64,000 bases of DNA, from NCBI GenBank assembly GCA_002633005.1, contig NMRA01000052.1, positions 795,235-859,234 on the forward strand. Direction: 5' to 3'. Below, one piece after another: positions 13,001 through 26,567 of this stretch (its first letter is position 1; the number at the start of each line of letters is the position of its first letter). A program made the position numbers and the translations under genes. A model generated the notes under the pieces. It saw nothing but the letters and a program-made list of their open reading frames with translations, had not been told where the DNA came from and made no database searches. This DNA is from Phoronis australis. Taxonomy: Eukaryota; Animalia; Phoronida.

Positions 13001-14708
13001 CTGGTGAGAGGGCTGACAGAGGGATAACACAAGTGAAATGTTTTGACACCTAGTGTGACACCTGCTGGTTACTTGATAATGTCTATTGTCCGTCATGCCA
13101 TCATATTGCCCGTGAAACAAACATTACGCATTAATGCAAATTAAGTAATGCATAATCGCCGATTATCGAGGTAGCAAGTGGCAAGAAACCAGTCTCGATA
13201 AAAATAGCCTTCGCGACAATATGGCAGTGAAACACAGTTGATCTATTACTTTCGTGTGGCACTTATTGAAAATGAGCAGATCGATTAGACCTATCGACGA
13301 CACCGTGACATTGATATATTCGTGACCCAGGTATATCTCGAGTCTCGGCAAACCAATGAGACAGCAGAGCAAATAATAAATGCGGCGGCAAACCGAATGT
13401 CAGGCGATTTTTAAGAGCATAGACAGCGAAAAAAATCTGATGGATTTTTCCCACCCTGTATGCACAGAGGGGTCTGTCTCGTCACTTGGCCAAAAGCTGT
13501 CACAAACCTGAGTCTCGTACTTTTTTAAATGAAAGTGAAACCTGAGACGACATAACTAATCAACGTTTTGAAAAACGTATACAATCCTCATTATATAAGT
13601 TATCCAGGTGAACCTCGATTAAACACAACGTTGGCCTAATTTCACTGCTCGTTGTCCTTACCATACCAGTGAATAGCATACTACCTGTTCAAATAAAATC
13701 GATAATAAGCACTTGACAGAAACAGGGCCCAGCGGAAAGTAAGTACAGGACAACCCTTAACATCATTCTACGCCAAGCTTATCTGAGTATAATTACATCA
13801 CAGTTGTCATCAAAAGGGAAATCCGAATGAGAGCATGTACGGAAACAACTTACCTTACAAGAATAGCGTAGATAGTCCAGCAAGTCAAGGATATAACCCC
13901 ACACGATAACAACCGTAAGCATTACCCGTCAATGCCCCACAGACGAGTAATAAATAGAACACATTGTTAAGTGTTTGTGCGCAGCGAATTCTTTTTAAAA
14001 CCTGTTCTCGGTGACATACAGGCAGACCCGTAACCGAAGGTAAACGTGTTTACGCAGGCGTGTTCGCCGATAAAGCTTTAGCGCAGGATAAGTTAACACT
14101 TTCATCAGTTATTATCGGTTACAGGTTGACAAGGGTATTATCTTTGACGTTGATTCCAATTAACAGTAACGATTATATATTTATAATTTGGATGACTATT
14201 TTAATAATTACCGACATCACGAGGACAACGACTATGGTGACGGTGAAATTGCGATGTAAAGAATATCCAGAAAATAATTTCAATTACAAGCAAAGGAAGA
14301 GCGTTATACCTGCAAGGTTGAAACGCCGGAGTATCGATTGTTATACATGTAAAAAAGTAAGCAAGTGCCTTGATGCGTTTTGTGGAGCACCAGGAGTGCT
14401 TACGTCACAAAACTGGGCCCATTAGCTGCCATGTATGTATAAAGTCACGTTGTTCAGATCTCAGCGTTTTTCCATTATGGAAAGAGTAAACAACCAGTAC
14501 TTCGGAATTCGGCATATAAAACATTAGCGACGTAATAAGAATGGCTACAAATTTTTGAGTAGTAAGTTGGCCTGGTTGGCGACAAGTTTGCCGCCGGCTG
14601 GTGCATCGCCAGTGGCCGGAGTCTTGCTCCAACTTGTCGAGTCGTAAGCACCCAGCGAGACCTTTTACACCGCACACGTACATAAACCCAACGGTATATA
14701 ACACTGTG

Positions 14709-14857
14709 CATGGGCGGCGCAGCTCTGAAATAAGTGGGGGGGGGGGGCTATAGCCCCCAGCCCTCCTGTGGTGCATCACCAATAGACCGTGGGCGGCGCA
14801 GCACTGAAAAAAGTGGGGGGTCTATAGCCCCCAGCCCCCTATGGTGCGCCGCCCATG
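14709..14857 (+). mobile_element. Tandem dimer of a ~70-bp MITE
   Basis: Two units with catgggcggcgca...tgcgccgcccatg ends and an internal ggctatagcc-type palindrome; same family at 36385-36529 and 59881-59950. Confidence 0.85.
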
Positions 14858-17800
14858 TGATAACTGAAAGGGCTGACATAAGTGATCTGTGTTACTGATT
14901 TCAATAGTACCGTTCCCGTATATTTCGTAACTCGAGAAATATTTCAGGAAGGCAATACACGAGATTATTTCCATCGATTCTTGAATGAGAACGACACTAT
15001 AGTGGTCCATAATTAGGCTAATGTTTTCAGAGGAGGGTTCATATCTCAACTTGAAGCTTCCCCATTCACCCACGAAGCACTTAGAACGGCTAAATCCACA
15101 ACCACAACAACAACAAAAAAAACTTTTATCGATGAAATTGATCTCAAATAGTTTTTTAGTGAAATTATAGGCAATTTCAGGGTTTCAAAAGAGTGATAAT
15201 TCACGGTTATAGCGTGGACTAGAAGTGTCAAGGCATGTCATTTTAACTATGCGCCGTGCATGGTCTCAAGGAATAACCGTCTGCTACTTTTTTGTAAAAT
15301 CAAAAATCACTTCTTGTCTTACTAACGAACAAGTTCAAATGAGACCAGTTTTGCAGCGGTTGTGTAGTCTAAACCAAAAGTTTGCTCGCCAGTTTAAATT
15401 AAGCTTGCTTTCTGCCGAGAATCGAACCCGATCGCTGGACTAGTACACCACGTTGGCTTCAGTCACCTCCCGCTAATTTCTAGGCAATGCATCACTGGAC
15501 GTAACATATCCCGGCATCCAACAAAAGAGGTGTCACGTTTCGTCAACGATTTTTTGCGTGCCGACTACAATGACTTGGTTCACAAGATAACTGCGATTAA
15601 ACAAGCTAAAACGAGAGCATCGCCTGTTAGAGTAACCTGAAATGGGAAACGGGTGAAGTAGTTTCCTTTAGTGTAGTGAACCATGGAGTTTTGATATTTA
15701 GGGGTAAAACTATTCAATTTACAAAACCAATTATACACTTTCTGATCAAAGCATAAAGCCCGCTTGGTTACCACTTCTCAGGCTGCCGTTTACTGTACTT
15801 GTGCACATGACGAGAGTTTTAAAATTTGCTGAAATATTTACCGTAATCCCTTCGACAAATTCTTCAATTTTTTCTGGCTAATGGAAAAGTGACATTCTAT
15901 TGAAAAATATCTTTCCTCACGCAGAAAAGGCGAGTTTACAAAGGCGCGGTTGCACTCAACTCTCATCAACCAAAATACTACAGTAACAACAGTGGGCGAC
16001 CGCATGAACCAATTTTTAATACTGTTATCTGTGCCAGTCTGCGTTTATTTTCTCCCATGGACTAAAAAAAGGTTTTTGTTCCAGTAACTAAACCAGTCCT
16101 GGCCGGAAAATATGAGCCTAGATGAAGGCTCACGAACACGCTCTTATTGAACCGTAATTTCCTGTATATGAAACATATGTCTTGTGGGTTTGCATGTGAT
16201 GTCAGTTACAATCATTTGTGCAAACCCTTCAGTTCGCGATGCATTACCTAGTTAGGTGACTGTGTGATCAGACATTCTCACGTCATTACACGCCAACCGA
16301 TACATCATTTTGAAGCCGACAAGACCGCTTATTATGATGGAAAAATATGCCCATTAATAAGCACCTGCTTAAAGCAGTTATTTACATGTTTGATGGCGAT
16401 ATAATGCACGGGGCTAGTTTGTAAGCAAACGAGCCTTTTTACGACGTTTTAACTGTCACCGCGGTGCGGTGTAGACTAACCCTGAGACGTACGATACATG
16501 TAAATTTACTGTCTTCGTCGTCTGGAGCTACACAAAATGAAATTAAGACATTGGCATTTCAAGCCGTGTACAATGCCGACAGAGGTGTGTATGCATAGAA
16601 TCATCGTCCAAAAACAAATACGTCACCTTTTTAGAGATCACCACATCAGTGAGTGAGTGGAAAGTTAACAACGAAGTTAATAACACAACAATACGTCGAT
16701 AAATTTAATAACAGAATAATCCATCTTTTACAAACGCACACACCCACGACACCTCTTTACGTTAACTTCATATATGACTATTTGAACGCTCTCACTTTTG
16801 TTTGTCTAGTTCGCGAGTTTCACAGATTTGTCCATCTCGCGCAGCCCGTTTTTGTAATCCTCCTGTAAATAGGTGTGACACCGCACTCCACTTGTAACTG
16901 TAATCACTGGGAACGGGAAAACGGGCGTTCAACAATTTGCTATGCTAAGTAAACCAGGAAAACGCATTGTTTCGTCGCACAATCCTACATAGGGTACCAC
17001 TATTTCGGTAGACACCGTCCTAGCCTACTGTCATTTGTCGCGAGCGACTAGCGACACAAAAACTGTCAAAAAGAACACTGCAGTCTTATGCGACATTGCT
17101 AAACATTGAATCGGCGAAACGAAACAAAAGTAAGCCTACTTACCTGAGCAGAAAAAGACTGATATCTCACTTTGCTCAAGCGCTGTTAGAATATATCTGA
17201 AATATGACAAGAACTGTGAGAATCGACGAAAATCTGCAACGACTGGCGTAACATCCGTGCGCAGTGCCTCGTTCCGATTAACTTTATTTACTTCGTCTGA
17301 GATGACCATCTTGCCAAAAATATGAAACGTTAAAAGCTCGACGCACTCGTACTAAATAACTTCCCAGCCTTATTACTCACAAGTAACGAAATATCCGAAG
17401 GAAATATCTCGAGAGTAGACTAAGACATAAAACCAACCTCAAAAACGACACACAACCCTTGCCAGAGACCGACCACTTCTCGGTAGCTCCAGGAGCTCAT
17501 CAGCTTTACCGCGGCACAAATGTCAATGCGGTTTTAGTCGCAGTGCGAAGGCGGACTGACTATTTTTATTCGGCCTTTTTCAAGAGGACACTTGTACAGA
17601 AAAATAGATCGCATGACAATGATCGCGGACGATATTGCTCAGAAAGTGATTCAGTTTACGATGACAGCCATGTTAGAACTGAAACAAAATGGCAACTCCG
17701 GTTACGATGTGTGGAACTATTTTACTAGTATTCTTTTTCATGAGAAATTGATGGAAGTCAACACGTGATAACCCCGTTTGTTGGTACACCCTACTTATAT

Positions 17801-18629
17801 ATTTTACGAGTTCCCTGGCTACTCACCGTGTTAATGGTTGCTGTGAGTTTTAGAATTAAAAAAGCACGTTTCTTTACCAGGGGTACTTAGGGAAGCCGAC
17901 TGTAACAAAACTCGATTCACCTGCACGTAACTTGACAAACAAGTAAGAAAAGACTGAATTTTCAAGTTTGGGCTTTATTCTGGGTGCGAAAGTGGACGTC
18001 ACTAATCAAGGGTGAAAGAGAAACTGTCATACTGACAATGGTTATTTTTCAATTGGAAGTCTTTACGTCAGCTAGACAATGGCCATAGACCGTGATGAAT
18101 GCCGTACGAAAATTAGGATATGCAACCCTTTAGAGAGTGGACAAGATGAAATACCACCCTCATAGTAAGTACGCATGCCAGTGCACGATAGACACCCGAC
18201 ATTTTTGCGTTTGCTTGCTTAACAAAGTTGTTATTTCTTTGAGGATTTTCCCATCAGATAGATTTTGTAGCGGTCTGAATGTGAAAATATTAATTAAGTC
18301 CTTTAATAATACAGCCTATTTTAAGATTACGTAGGGCTCTAAAATGTTCTAATTTGGCTAAGTTTCTAACATTATATCTTAGCAATGGCTGATTGGTTTT
18401 ATATGAAATTTCCACATACTATGTTCCATGCAATCTTCCCTAAAACTCTATTAGGACTTGTTTTCAAAATTTTCCACTTTTGAGGGTCTATCAAAATATG
18501 GGACTGTAAGGCTAGTACAAGAACACTCAGAAGTTTATAAAATGAAAACGAAATATCTTAGAAAGCTGAAACAACATTTTTGAGATTTCATCTTGAAATT
18601 TGATATATGAAATAAAATTTGATATTGTT

Positions 18630-18950
18630 ATTGTTATTGATTCTGTTGTTTTGCTATGGACGTACCTTTCTGTTTTGCTAAATTTTACTAAAAAAAAGAC
18701 ATGGTCACGTGACTTTGTTAATAACAGATTGGCAAAAAGTTGTGATATTGATACTGCTGTTCTGCTATGAATGTACCTTTCTTTTCTGTTGAATTTTACT
18801 GAAAAGAGATGGTCACGTGACTTTGTTAATAACAGATTGGCAAAAAGTTGTGATATTGATACTGTTGTTCTGCTATGAATGTACCTTTCTTTTCTGTTGA
18901 ATTTTACTAAAAAGAGATGGTCACGTGACCCAATTAATGAGAGATTGGCC
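18630..18950. repeat. 108-bp tandem repeat, ~3 copies
   Basis: GTCACGTGAC recurs at 18704, 18812 and 18920 within near-identical units. Confidence 0.9.
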
Positions 18951-19739
18951 GGTATTATAGATTAAAAATCAAATTCTACGGGGTTTCTACTTGTAAAGAA
19001 TTGAAAATCTAAAGGTCTGTATATAGTTGGCTAAACACACCGACTTGTCAATAAGCTCCTTATACAACCTCAAACACAGCGAACCTGAATCAAATACGAA
19101 ACCTTTTGCAAAAGCTTTGGCGGATTAAACTGGGCACTTGTGTAGAGTTTCAACCCCAAAAACAAACCCTTTGGCAGGAACACAATTGGAAAATACGCCC
19201 TTTGGTAAGGACACTACCCACGAAAGGTCAACCATCTGAGCAACATGGCTCGTATGTATTAGTAAAGTAACCCCCGGATAAATGTTGAATCCATGAAGCC
19301 GATCTCCGAATTCATACCCTCAGTGAGGAGTCTGGGATGGATCATGGAAGAGCAATTTGTTCTTTGGGAAGAACGTTGACCCCGTCAGTTTACACCACAC
19401 AAGGCAAGGTATATTTTCTCATTCACTCCAGTTCAACGATTTCTGAGAACATTCTCATTTTCTTAAGTACGTACATGTAAACATCCTTGCCACAAATCAT
19501 TAAAACTCGTAAACAATGAATATAGTAGCTATCGTGAGTCAACTCAAGTCGATCAACACCCCTTTCAAAAACACCTATTTTCACAATAATTTTAATGGCT
19601 TCCAAAATGTGTCAAACTTCCTATAAAAAAACAAAACAAACGCGTACGGTGCATTTTTGTAAAACAAAAATGTACGATGCCACAAAGGTATGAAGGAAAT
19701 GAGCACTTGAGGGTGGAGCCGTAGGATGCGAGGAGCGGG

Positions 19740-20000
19740 CCCGGGGGTCACTCGTATTGACAAGGTGCCCGTATAAGAGTGCACCAAAATTGCGGATAGG
19801 CGGTACTTTTTCAGCAAGTTTTGAGGGACCCGCGCGGAGTCCAATAGGCCCCTAAATTTCCATTTCGTCCCCGCAAAAAGACTATATTGGGATGACGCAG
19901 AAATATATACACCACAAAAGGGAGTGGGAATTAGTAGACCTGGCACTCGAAATTTTTTGGTATACATCTGCGGGGACCTTGTCAATGTAACCCCAAGGGG
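19740..20000. mobile_element. MITE with imperfect TIRs
   Basis: ggggtcactcgtattgacaaggtgccc ... ggggaccttgtcaatgtaacccc inverted pair. Confidence 0.55.
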
Positions 20001-21370
20001 AAACCGGTGACGATGGTGCGTAGTTCTTGTTCTTTTTGCTGGAGTGCGTGGGAAAGTGTGAAACTTTCTTGGCCACGAGGGGGGAGGGGAGGGGGAGAAG
20101 GGTGCGTGCGTGGCGTTAATGGGTATAATTTGGTTTACACTTCTCACTCCGGCGGCAGGAGGTCCAACCAGAGTCTGCACAGGAAAGAGGCATGGAGATA
20201 AGTAAAGATAAGTATGAGATTTGTAAGAACAAGGCGTAAAAGTGATGGGGACTGCATCGAGGTGGAAAGAAAGAGTTACAGAACAATATGTCCGTGACCT
20301 GCTTTAGTTTTTACCCACCTCTGTCGATTGGCATTTTAGTCGTTAACACCTAATGATATGATAAATAAGTATTTCAAATTATCCGGCTCACTTTGCCTAA
20401 ATCTGACGCGACTATTCCTCCTCAGGGGTTGCTGGCCTATCAGGTCATTTTGACCGTGAATCCCACAAGGAAAATGGGATATGTAGAGTAATTGGCGAAG
20501 CTATGGCGGCGGGGTGTAAAAATCGGTATTCGCTCAATGCGCAACAACGGTAGACTTCTTTCTAAGTTCTTTGTTGGCATTTGCATTTGTGTTTTGTTCA
20601 GCTCCACCAACCCAAACTTGACTAGGCTGAGGTTCTGCAAACACTAAAACGTATCTGGTTGAAACCAAAGTATTGAGTATCAAATTTATCAACACGGTCA
20701 TAACTGACTGCAATTATTGGTCCATTTACAAGGAATTCATTGTTTTGATTGTCAAATTATCCGCACAAGGCACGCCCACACACCCATTAAAAAAACCACC
20801 AGACGGTAAAAACTCAGACCTCTTAGAACAGAAACACGTCAGACTAAACACAGCTTTGGTGATTTTACCAAAAATTGTTTTTGCCACTTGTTTTAGTTTG
20901 TAAACACTGGTGGATCTAGAATGTATAAAGAACAAAAAAATAAACAAGAGCGCTCAACAAAGGAACAGCGTTATCAGAAAATCTCAAATAACTCGAAAAG
21001 TTGACGTCCTAGCGAAAAATGGAAAACATCTTCTGAAAGCCCGTTCACAATTCTATCTAAACTGATGGTCTCGCTTAATTCCGTAAATTTTTCGAAAAAA
21101 ATGAAATTTTGCGTTTTTTTTAAGAAATTCAAAGTCAAATAACTCGAAAACGGTAAGTCTGAGAAAAAAATTGTTACAGGCCATTTGAAAGATTATACTT
21201 CAAAGAATCTACATGNCAGAGCGAGACTCTAAAACCCGCCTACGGGACATACCGAGAGAAAAAAAAACAATATGCGATCTCTGCCTCAAGTTGAGTCGGT
21301 CTTCCAGCACAACCCTCCACTCGTTCATTCACAGTGGTCATCATGGCGCTTGCCGATTTATCAGGCGTGT

Positions 21371-21509
21371 GTTCAGTAACTATAGGACCTACGCTAGGAC
21401 CTAGCTAAAATCTAGCCAAAGTCACGTGTTCCTATTTGAAATACACGGCAATATCTCACGAAATCTGGCGAAGTTTTACTTTTTTTGCGAGGTCCTAGTG
21501 ATACTGAAC
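21371..21509. mobile_element. ~140-bp MITE, copy 2
   Basis: gttcagtaac...gatactgaac; colinear with 3852-3992. Confidence 0.75.
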
Positions 21510-21694
21510 GAGAGGCAGGTTTTGTAAAGAGCTGTCATGAAACTTGTTCCACCATTATGAGGGCTGCCGCTGGCTATCTACATCATTTCGCCTCTTCGAA
21601 TATTTAAAAAGGTCAGGTAGCATTTTATTTTTGCCAGTTGGTTAAAACGACGTTTAGTACCATTTTAACCGAGATTGCCTTGGTGGCAAGCGTG

Positions 21695-21777
21695 GTGGCT
21701 ACGTCATCATATGTATATCCGGAATATGGCACTAAGCTACGTCATCACATGCATATTCGGAATATGGCACTAAGCCA
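21695..21777. repeat. ~38-bp tandem duplication
   Basis: gctacgtcatca..atg.atat.cggaatatggcactaagc occurs twice. Confidence 0.7.
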
Positions 21778-22922
21778 CGAGGGTACTGTGGGGGATAACC
21801 ACCCTTTTAGAGATTGGACTCAAAAACGAATCCAGTTGCTGGGAACACCCATGAAAAAGTCACAGGGGCTCCAAAAACACCATGACCTTTTTTGGTGGGC
21901 TCATTCCAAACAACTATTCCTTTCATATAATGATTCTTGTACAGTAGAATTTTCAACGCGCTAAGTCTGAAACAGTACAAGAAGAAATGCCATGCCTTGA
22001 CTCATAAATGAGAACATGTTAGTGCAACAAAAACTTTTAAAAAATCTGGTATTAAAAACACTTATGTACAGATTCGCGCAGGGTTTCAAACTCCCAAAAC
22101 GAACACTGTTGTAGGGATTTTTTGTCGGAAAAGGCACCATTTCGTGTTTTGTCATGATGCTGCTGAGGTAATGGGTGTAGCGTTGAGACACGGAAGGTGT
22201 GGAACTTTTCATGAACAAATATGCAACAGTTATGTTATCCGTGTTCTCAATATTTGAACGTAGCCTCTCATTCATTATTATGAGAGCACCTTCGGAGGTC
22301 AAAAATGGAGAATCAAAATGAGGAAAAAGCTATGCAAATTTTAATTTATCCTTATAACCGAAACTAAAATTTTTAGTCCTGCGTTACCCCGGAACTTAAT
22401 TGGTATTTTATTTCTGAACAACGTGAAATAAAGACGAACACCCTCTTACATTAAAAACATTGACTAATTCACCGACTCAATAAATATGAGCGCCCCAAGT
22501 TGTAAAGATGCTGTGCTGATACACAGGCCCTCCGGCGCATACCTGCCTGCGTAAATTTACCACTACACCACTAGGGATGAGAAGAAGGCTTAAATCTATT
22601 TTCGAGTTCGGCGCCAGCTACCAGTTCTTTGAAATCCATCCGTATCAGGCAATTTGACTCATCAAAATCCGAAAGAGTCAGAAAGTAACTGTTTTAACCA
22701 AATGAAATTGTCTCAGTTTTCAATGCCATCATTCATGACTCTTAAGACTCCTACAAGGAATTTATAGCACAGGTGCTTCAATCAGTTTTGTGGAAGCAGA
22801 CGAAGAAAATGGCGTTTCTTCACCATACACCATAGCGCGCAATTAGGGTCACGAACCTGTATTCCAAATCATGCGATTTTTCATATTTTGCTCATGATTC
22901 ATACAACGCATACCTGCCTGTG

Positions 22923-23082
22923 CAGTGGCGGATTTAGAGGGAGGCCAAGGGGGCCATGCCCTCTCCCCCTAAAATTCTCCAAGATTCCATTTGGCAGTTC
23001 GGAGGTGCGAATGTCTGAAGAGCAAAATCCTGGCTAATACTCTGCCCTGCCCCCCCAACTCAAAATTCTGGATCCGCCCCTG
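22923..23082. mobile_element. 160-bp MITE (cagtggcggat...atccgcccctg)
   Basis: TIRs visible; flanked by direct repeat CTGTG. Confidence 0.8.
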
Positions 23083-24213
23083 CTGTGCGCCTTAAGTTAA
23101 AAGGCGTAGGCAATGTTTTAATAAATTCCAAACGTCTTTCTTCTTTTTATTCGATACGGCTAAATCAGCCTTCCCTCACATGCCTATTAATAATAGTTGG
23201 CTTATACTTTTCAAAAGCATTTCTACGCAACGACCATAGTGGATCATAACTGCCGCTTTTGGATCTAGCGATGAGGCACGGGTCGATTTAGAAAACTTAT
23301 GTTACGAACAAGACGGTGCACTGAACACATTTTCTTCGTCGTTTATTTCTTTAGTTTTTTCATGTCGCACGATCTAATTATTGACACGTCAGCTACAGGA
23401 TTTTCAGTTTTTCACTCGGGTCCAGAGAAGATGCTCGGGTTTGGGTAACTTTAATACATAGAACACGGCGTTCTCAGCTTAATATTTTTTCAACGTCTTT
23501 TTGAAGTCTATAGTTCAACAAATCTCACTGCATGTGGTTTTGTTTAGTTTAAGTTCGATTTAAACTCCAATTTTGTTTTAGTAAGTCAATATTTACACTG
23601 ATAACTTCAACGATTACTTCTTCAAATGAAATAGTTCAAGCAACCGAGCGCCCGTGTTTCAAGTACACTGATTAAGTAACTACACTGTTTCTTGCATTAG
23701 AGTGAATATCAAGTGTGCAGCATTCATTGGCATCGTGTCATCGTCAGTAAATAGAAATATTTTTGTGACCCTGTGGTGTTTTATGGCTTATAAAACGCAC
23801 ATTATGACATTGAACACAATCAAAAGGTCGTAAACACCAGTAAGCCCTTGGCATGTGCAACTGTAACCCAGAGTTGGCAGTGAAAATGTAAAGAATGGTG
23901 CGTGTGGGGGTGTGACCTTGTTTGAAGCTAGCTTGCTCACAGAAAATATGCTAGTTACCAAGGCAAAATGATCAACACCTACAGTGCTGCACTCACTTTT
24001 ATGATGTCATTATACACGACCTTTGCAACGGTAAAAAGGTGGCGCCGTAGCCTGCATCCGCTAGAAAACAAATATTTAGAGTAGGCGACATAAGCATTAC
24101 TAGCGGATTCAGTCAATCTAGCTGTCTTGAATTTGTGAACGTGTTGGATATGTGAAAAGTCCACTAATTCGGGATACGTTACAATTTCATTCAAAATGGC
24201 TACCCTGTATAAC

Positions 24214-24247
24214 CATAGATTATAAAGAACATGTACTATAGTCTATG
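24214..24247. mobile_element. 34-bp P-superfamily-like remnant or excision footprint with 7-bp TSD
   Basis: gtataac|catagattata...tatagtctatg|gtataac. Confidence 0.65.
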
Positions 24248-25326
24248 GTATAACATTGCTTTGTGAGTGAGAAATTTGCTGCGATTTCAGGTAGTCGTCA
24301 AACAATAGAGCGTGACTCACGAGGGCAAAATACGAGCGTGAATTAATTAATTACCAACGAAATTCACTAAGCGTAAAACGCGAGCATAAATTACGCGCGT
24401 ACATTTGCGAAGGTAAGATTGGGTGAACTGTTAAGGTTATGCAGGCGTCTAGAAAAATGGTCAAATTTTGGCTAAATGAACTTCGAAGCATATTTTAATA
24501 ACGGCTCATTGGATTAATATGAAACTATGCATTGTTTTCCTAAATGCTGTTAGCAATTGTTTTTAAAATGTTTCACTTTTGCATGGGAGGCTATCAAAAA
24601 TAGAACTTTAGGATTATTGAAGTTATGGGTGTCATTCAAAGATAATTAATTTTCGCACATAATTACTCCCTTATTTCAAGAATGACCAATTTACACTGTT
24701 AAAAGCCCCATATGGTTCACGTTTTTTGGCTGAATCCCGGTTTTTTAATAAGTCGAGTCAGCGTTCCATGGACCGACTGGTGAAGTTCACCGGTTGCTTC
24801 AAAGGGAGAAATCGCCGCCGCTAGCTTGTTTTTTTCCCAGTCAGAAGTTCGCGATTTTGACTTCACCTAATCAGCGCGCGTAATTCAATAACGTGCGCAA
24901 GATATGCTGGAATATACTTATTTACCTGTATCCATTTTATTGTAATTGTACTAGTCATAATAAATGACCTTATATCGCCTACATCAGTCTCCTTTCATCT
25001 CTGGTAACGAGCTTGCGACGCACGTATCATTTATCTATTATCCGGGACATATGACGATCATAAATGCTGGAACGCTGACTCGACCTACTGAAAGTAATCT
25101 CCACTCCTGACCAAAACATGAACCATGATCCTGCATGCGGCTTTTTAAAAGCGGTGGGAATTGGTTAATCCTATAGCGTACGGGGGTGCAGCGGTGTAGG
25201 CGTAAATAAATTAAAATCAAAATTAATGATGCCAGTAAGTTTGTTGGCAAAATACACGTGTCAGAGGTTGTCAGTTGCTTCAATTCTTATGGCAGTTGTG
25301 GATTTGGTCATCGCTGCTTCTTCGTT

Positions 25327-25335
25327 ACACACACA

Positions 25336-25391
<56 letters not shown>

Positions 25392-25395
25392 CCAC
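25327..25395. repeat. (CA)n/(GCAC)n microsatellite
   Basis: Directly visible. Confidence 0.95.
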
Positions 25396-26567
25396 ATATT
25401 GTCGCTGGGGCAATATGCGTAGAGTGCGACAAAGTCACAACAGACCCAAATGCACGAACTAGAACAACTGCACCAGACGTGAAAATACAACTTGAGCATA
25501 ACTAACTTGGGCGAACCTTGCTGTAAAATAATCCATCAATGGCTTGTGCAGGGGACAAAGGCATCATCCTTGGATGACCATTTTGTTCACAAAATAAAAA
25601 CTCCACAAAATTCTTCTTTCCAACCATTTGGATACAGTATTCTGTCATATTGCGACTCCAAAGACCCTGAGCAGTTGCAGCCCTATGAATGTCTATTACC
25701 ACCAAAATAGGATTGTTGGTTTTGATCTGTGCGCGACTCGCTTTGGAAATTTGAACTTTACTGTTCAAAGAAAAATGAATGGTCCCGGACAAGAACAGCT
25801 GGCATTAGGCGACCATGGAGAAAACAGTTTCTGCTCTTCATCAGGTAGCAACAGATGACACTGAAAAAATGATCCCGACCCATTTCAATTTACATGAAAT
25901 TACTTTAATTTTTAAATATGGACAATTAGCAAAAACAATGTATTAAAAACATTAACCATAGCCAATTGTACATTATTGTTTGGGAATTTCCTTAATTTTA
26001 AATTTATTTATGTAGATATAGAACAGAGATGATAAATAAACACAAAGTATTTAAACACATAATTTACAGAAATAGTCGAATTACCCCTGAATAAATTGTT
26101 GTAGTTTTTGTCGGTATAAACCACATTCTTAAAATTGAAGACCTCTGACAGAACCGACACCATGTTCAGATAACAGTGGAAAATGTTTCTTGGAAGAAAT
26201 CCCACCTAAAGGTTTGAGGTAAATTAACTGTGATATATGAGATCATGAGAAAATAAACTTGTTCCAGAACATTTATTAACTAAAACTACAACACAGTAGC
26301 TGTCCAGGAGTGCAAAGACAATCCCTAAATTCCACACTTAAGTTTATGCAGTAATTGGCAGGTGTCGCCACTAGACGGACACAAAACCAACACCATTTTC
26401 CAAAAAGTTTTCATATTGCTTTTAAAAATTCTTTAAGTTGATATAAATATCACAGTTCAAGTTTTTCCAACAAACAACATCAGTACCAGATCATTAAATT
26501 TTATTTGTACAAAGTCATAACAGTACACAAATTATACAATAACTTGTACAGTAATTCCCATAAAGTA

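Noticed and set aside
19581-20180. Longest ORF in the track (199 aa)
   Set aside because: Runs through a MITE and a G-rich tract; non-ATG start and no protein-like features.
25226-25860. THAR-repeat ORFs and neighbouring short ORFs
   Set aside because: Produced by the (GCAC)n microsatellite; adjacent frames close quickly and do not join into a gene.
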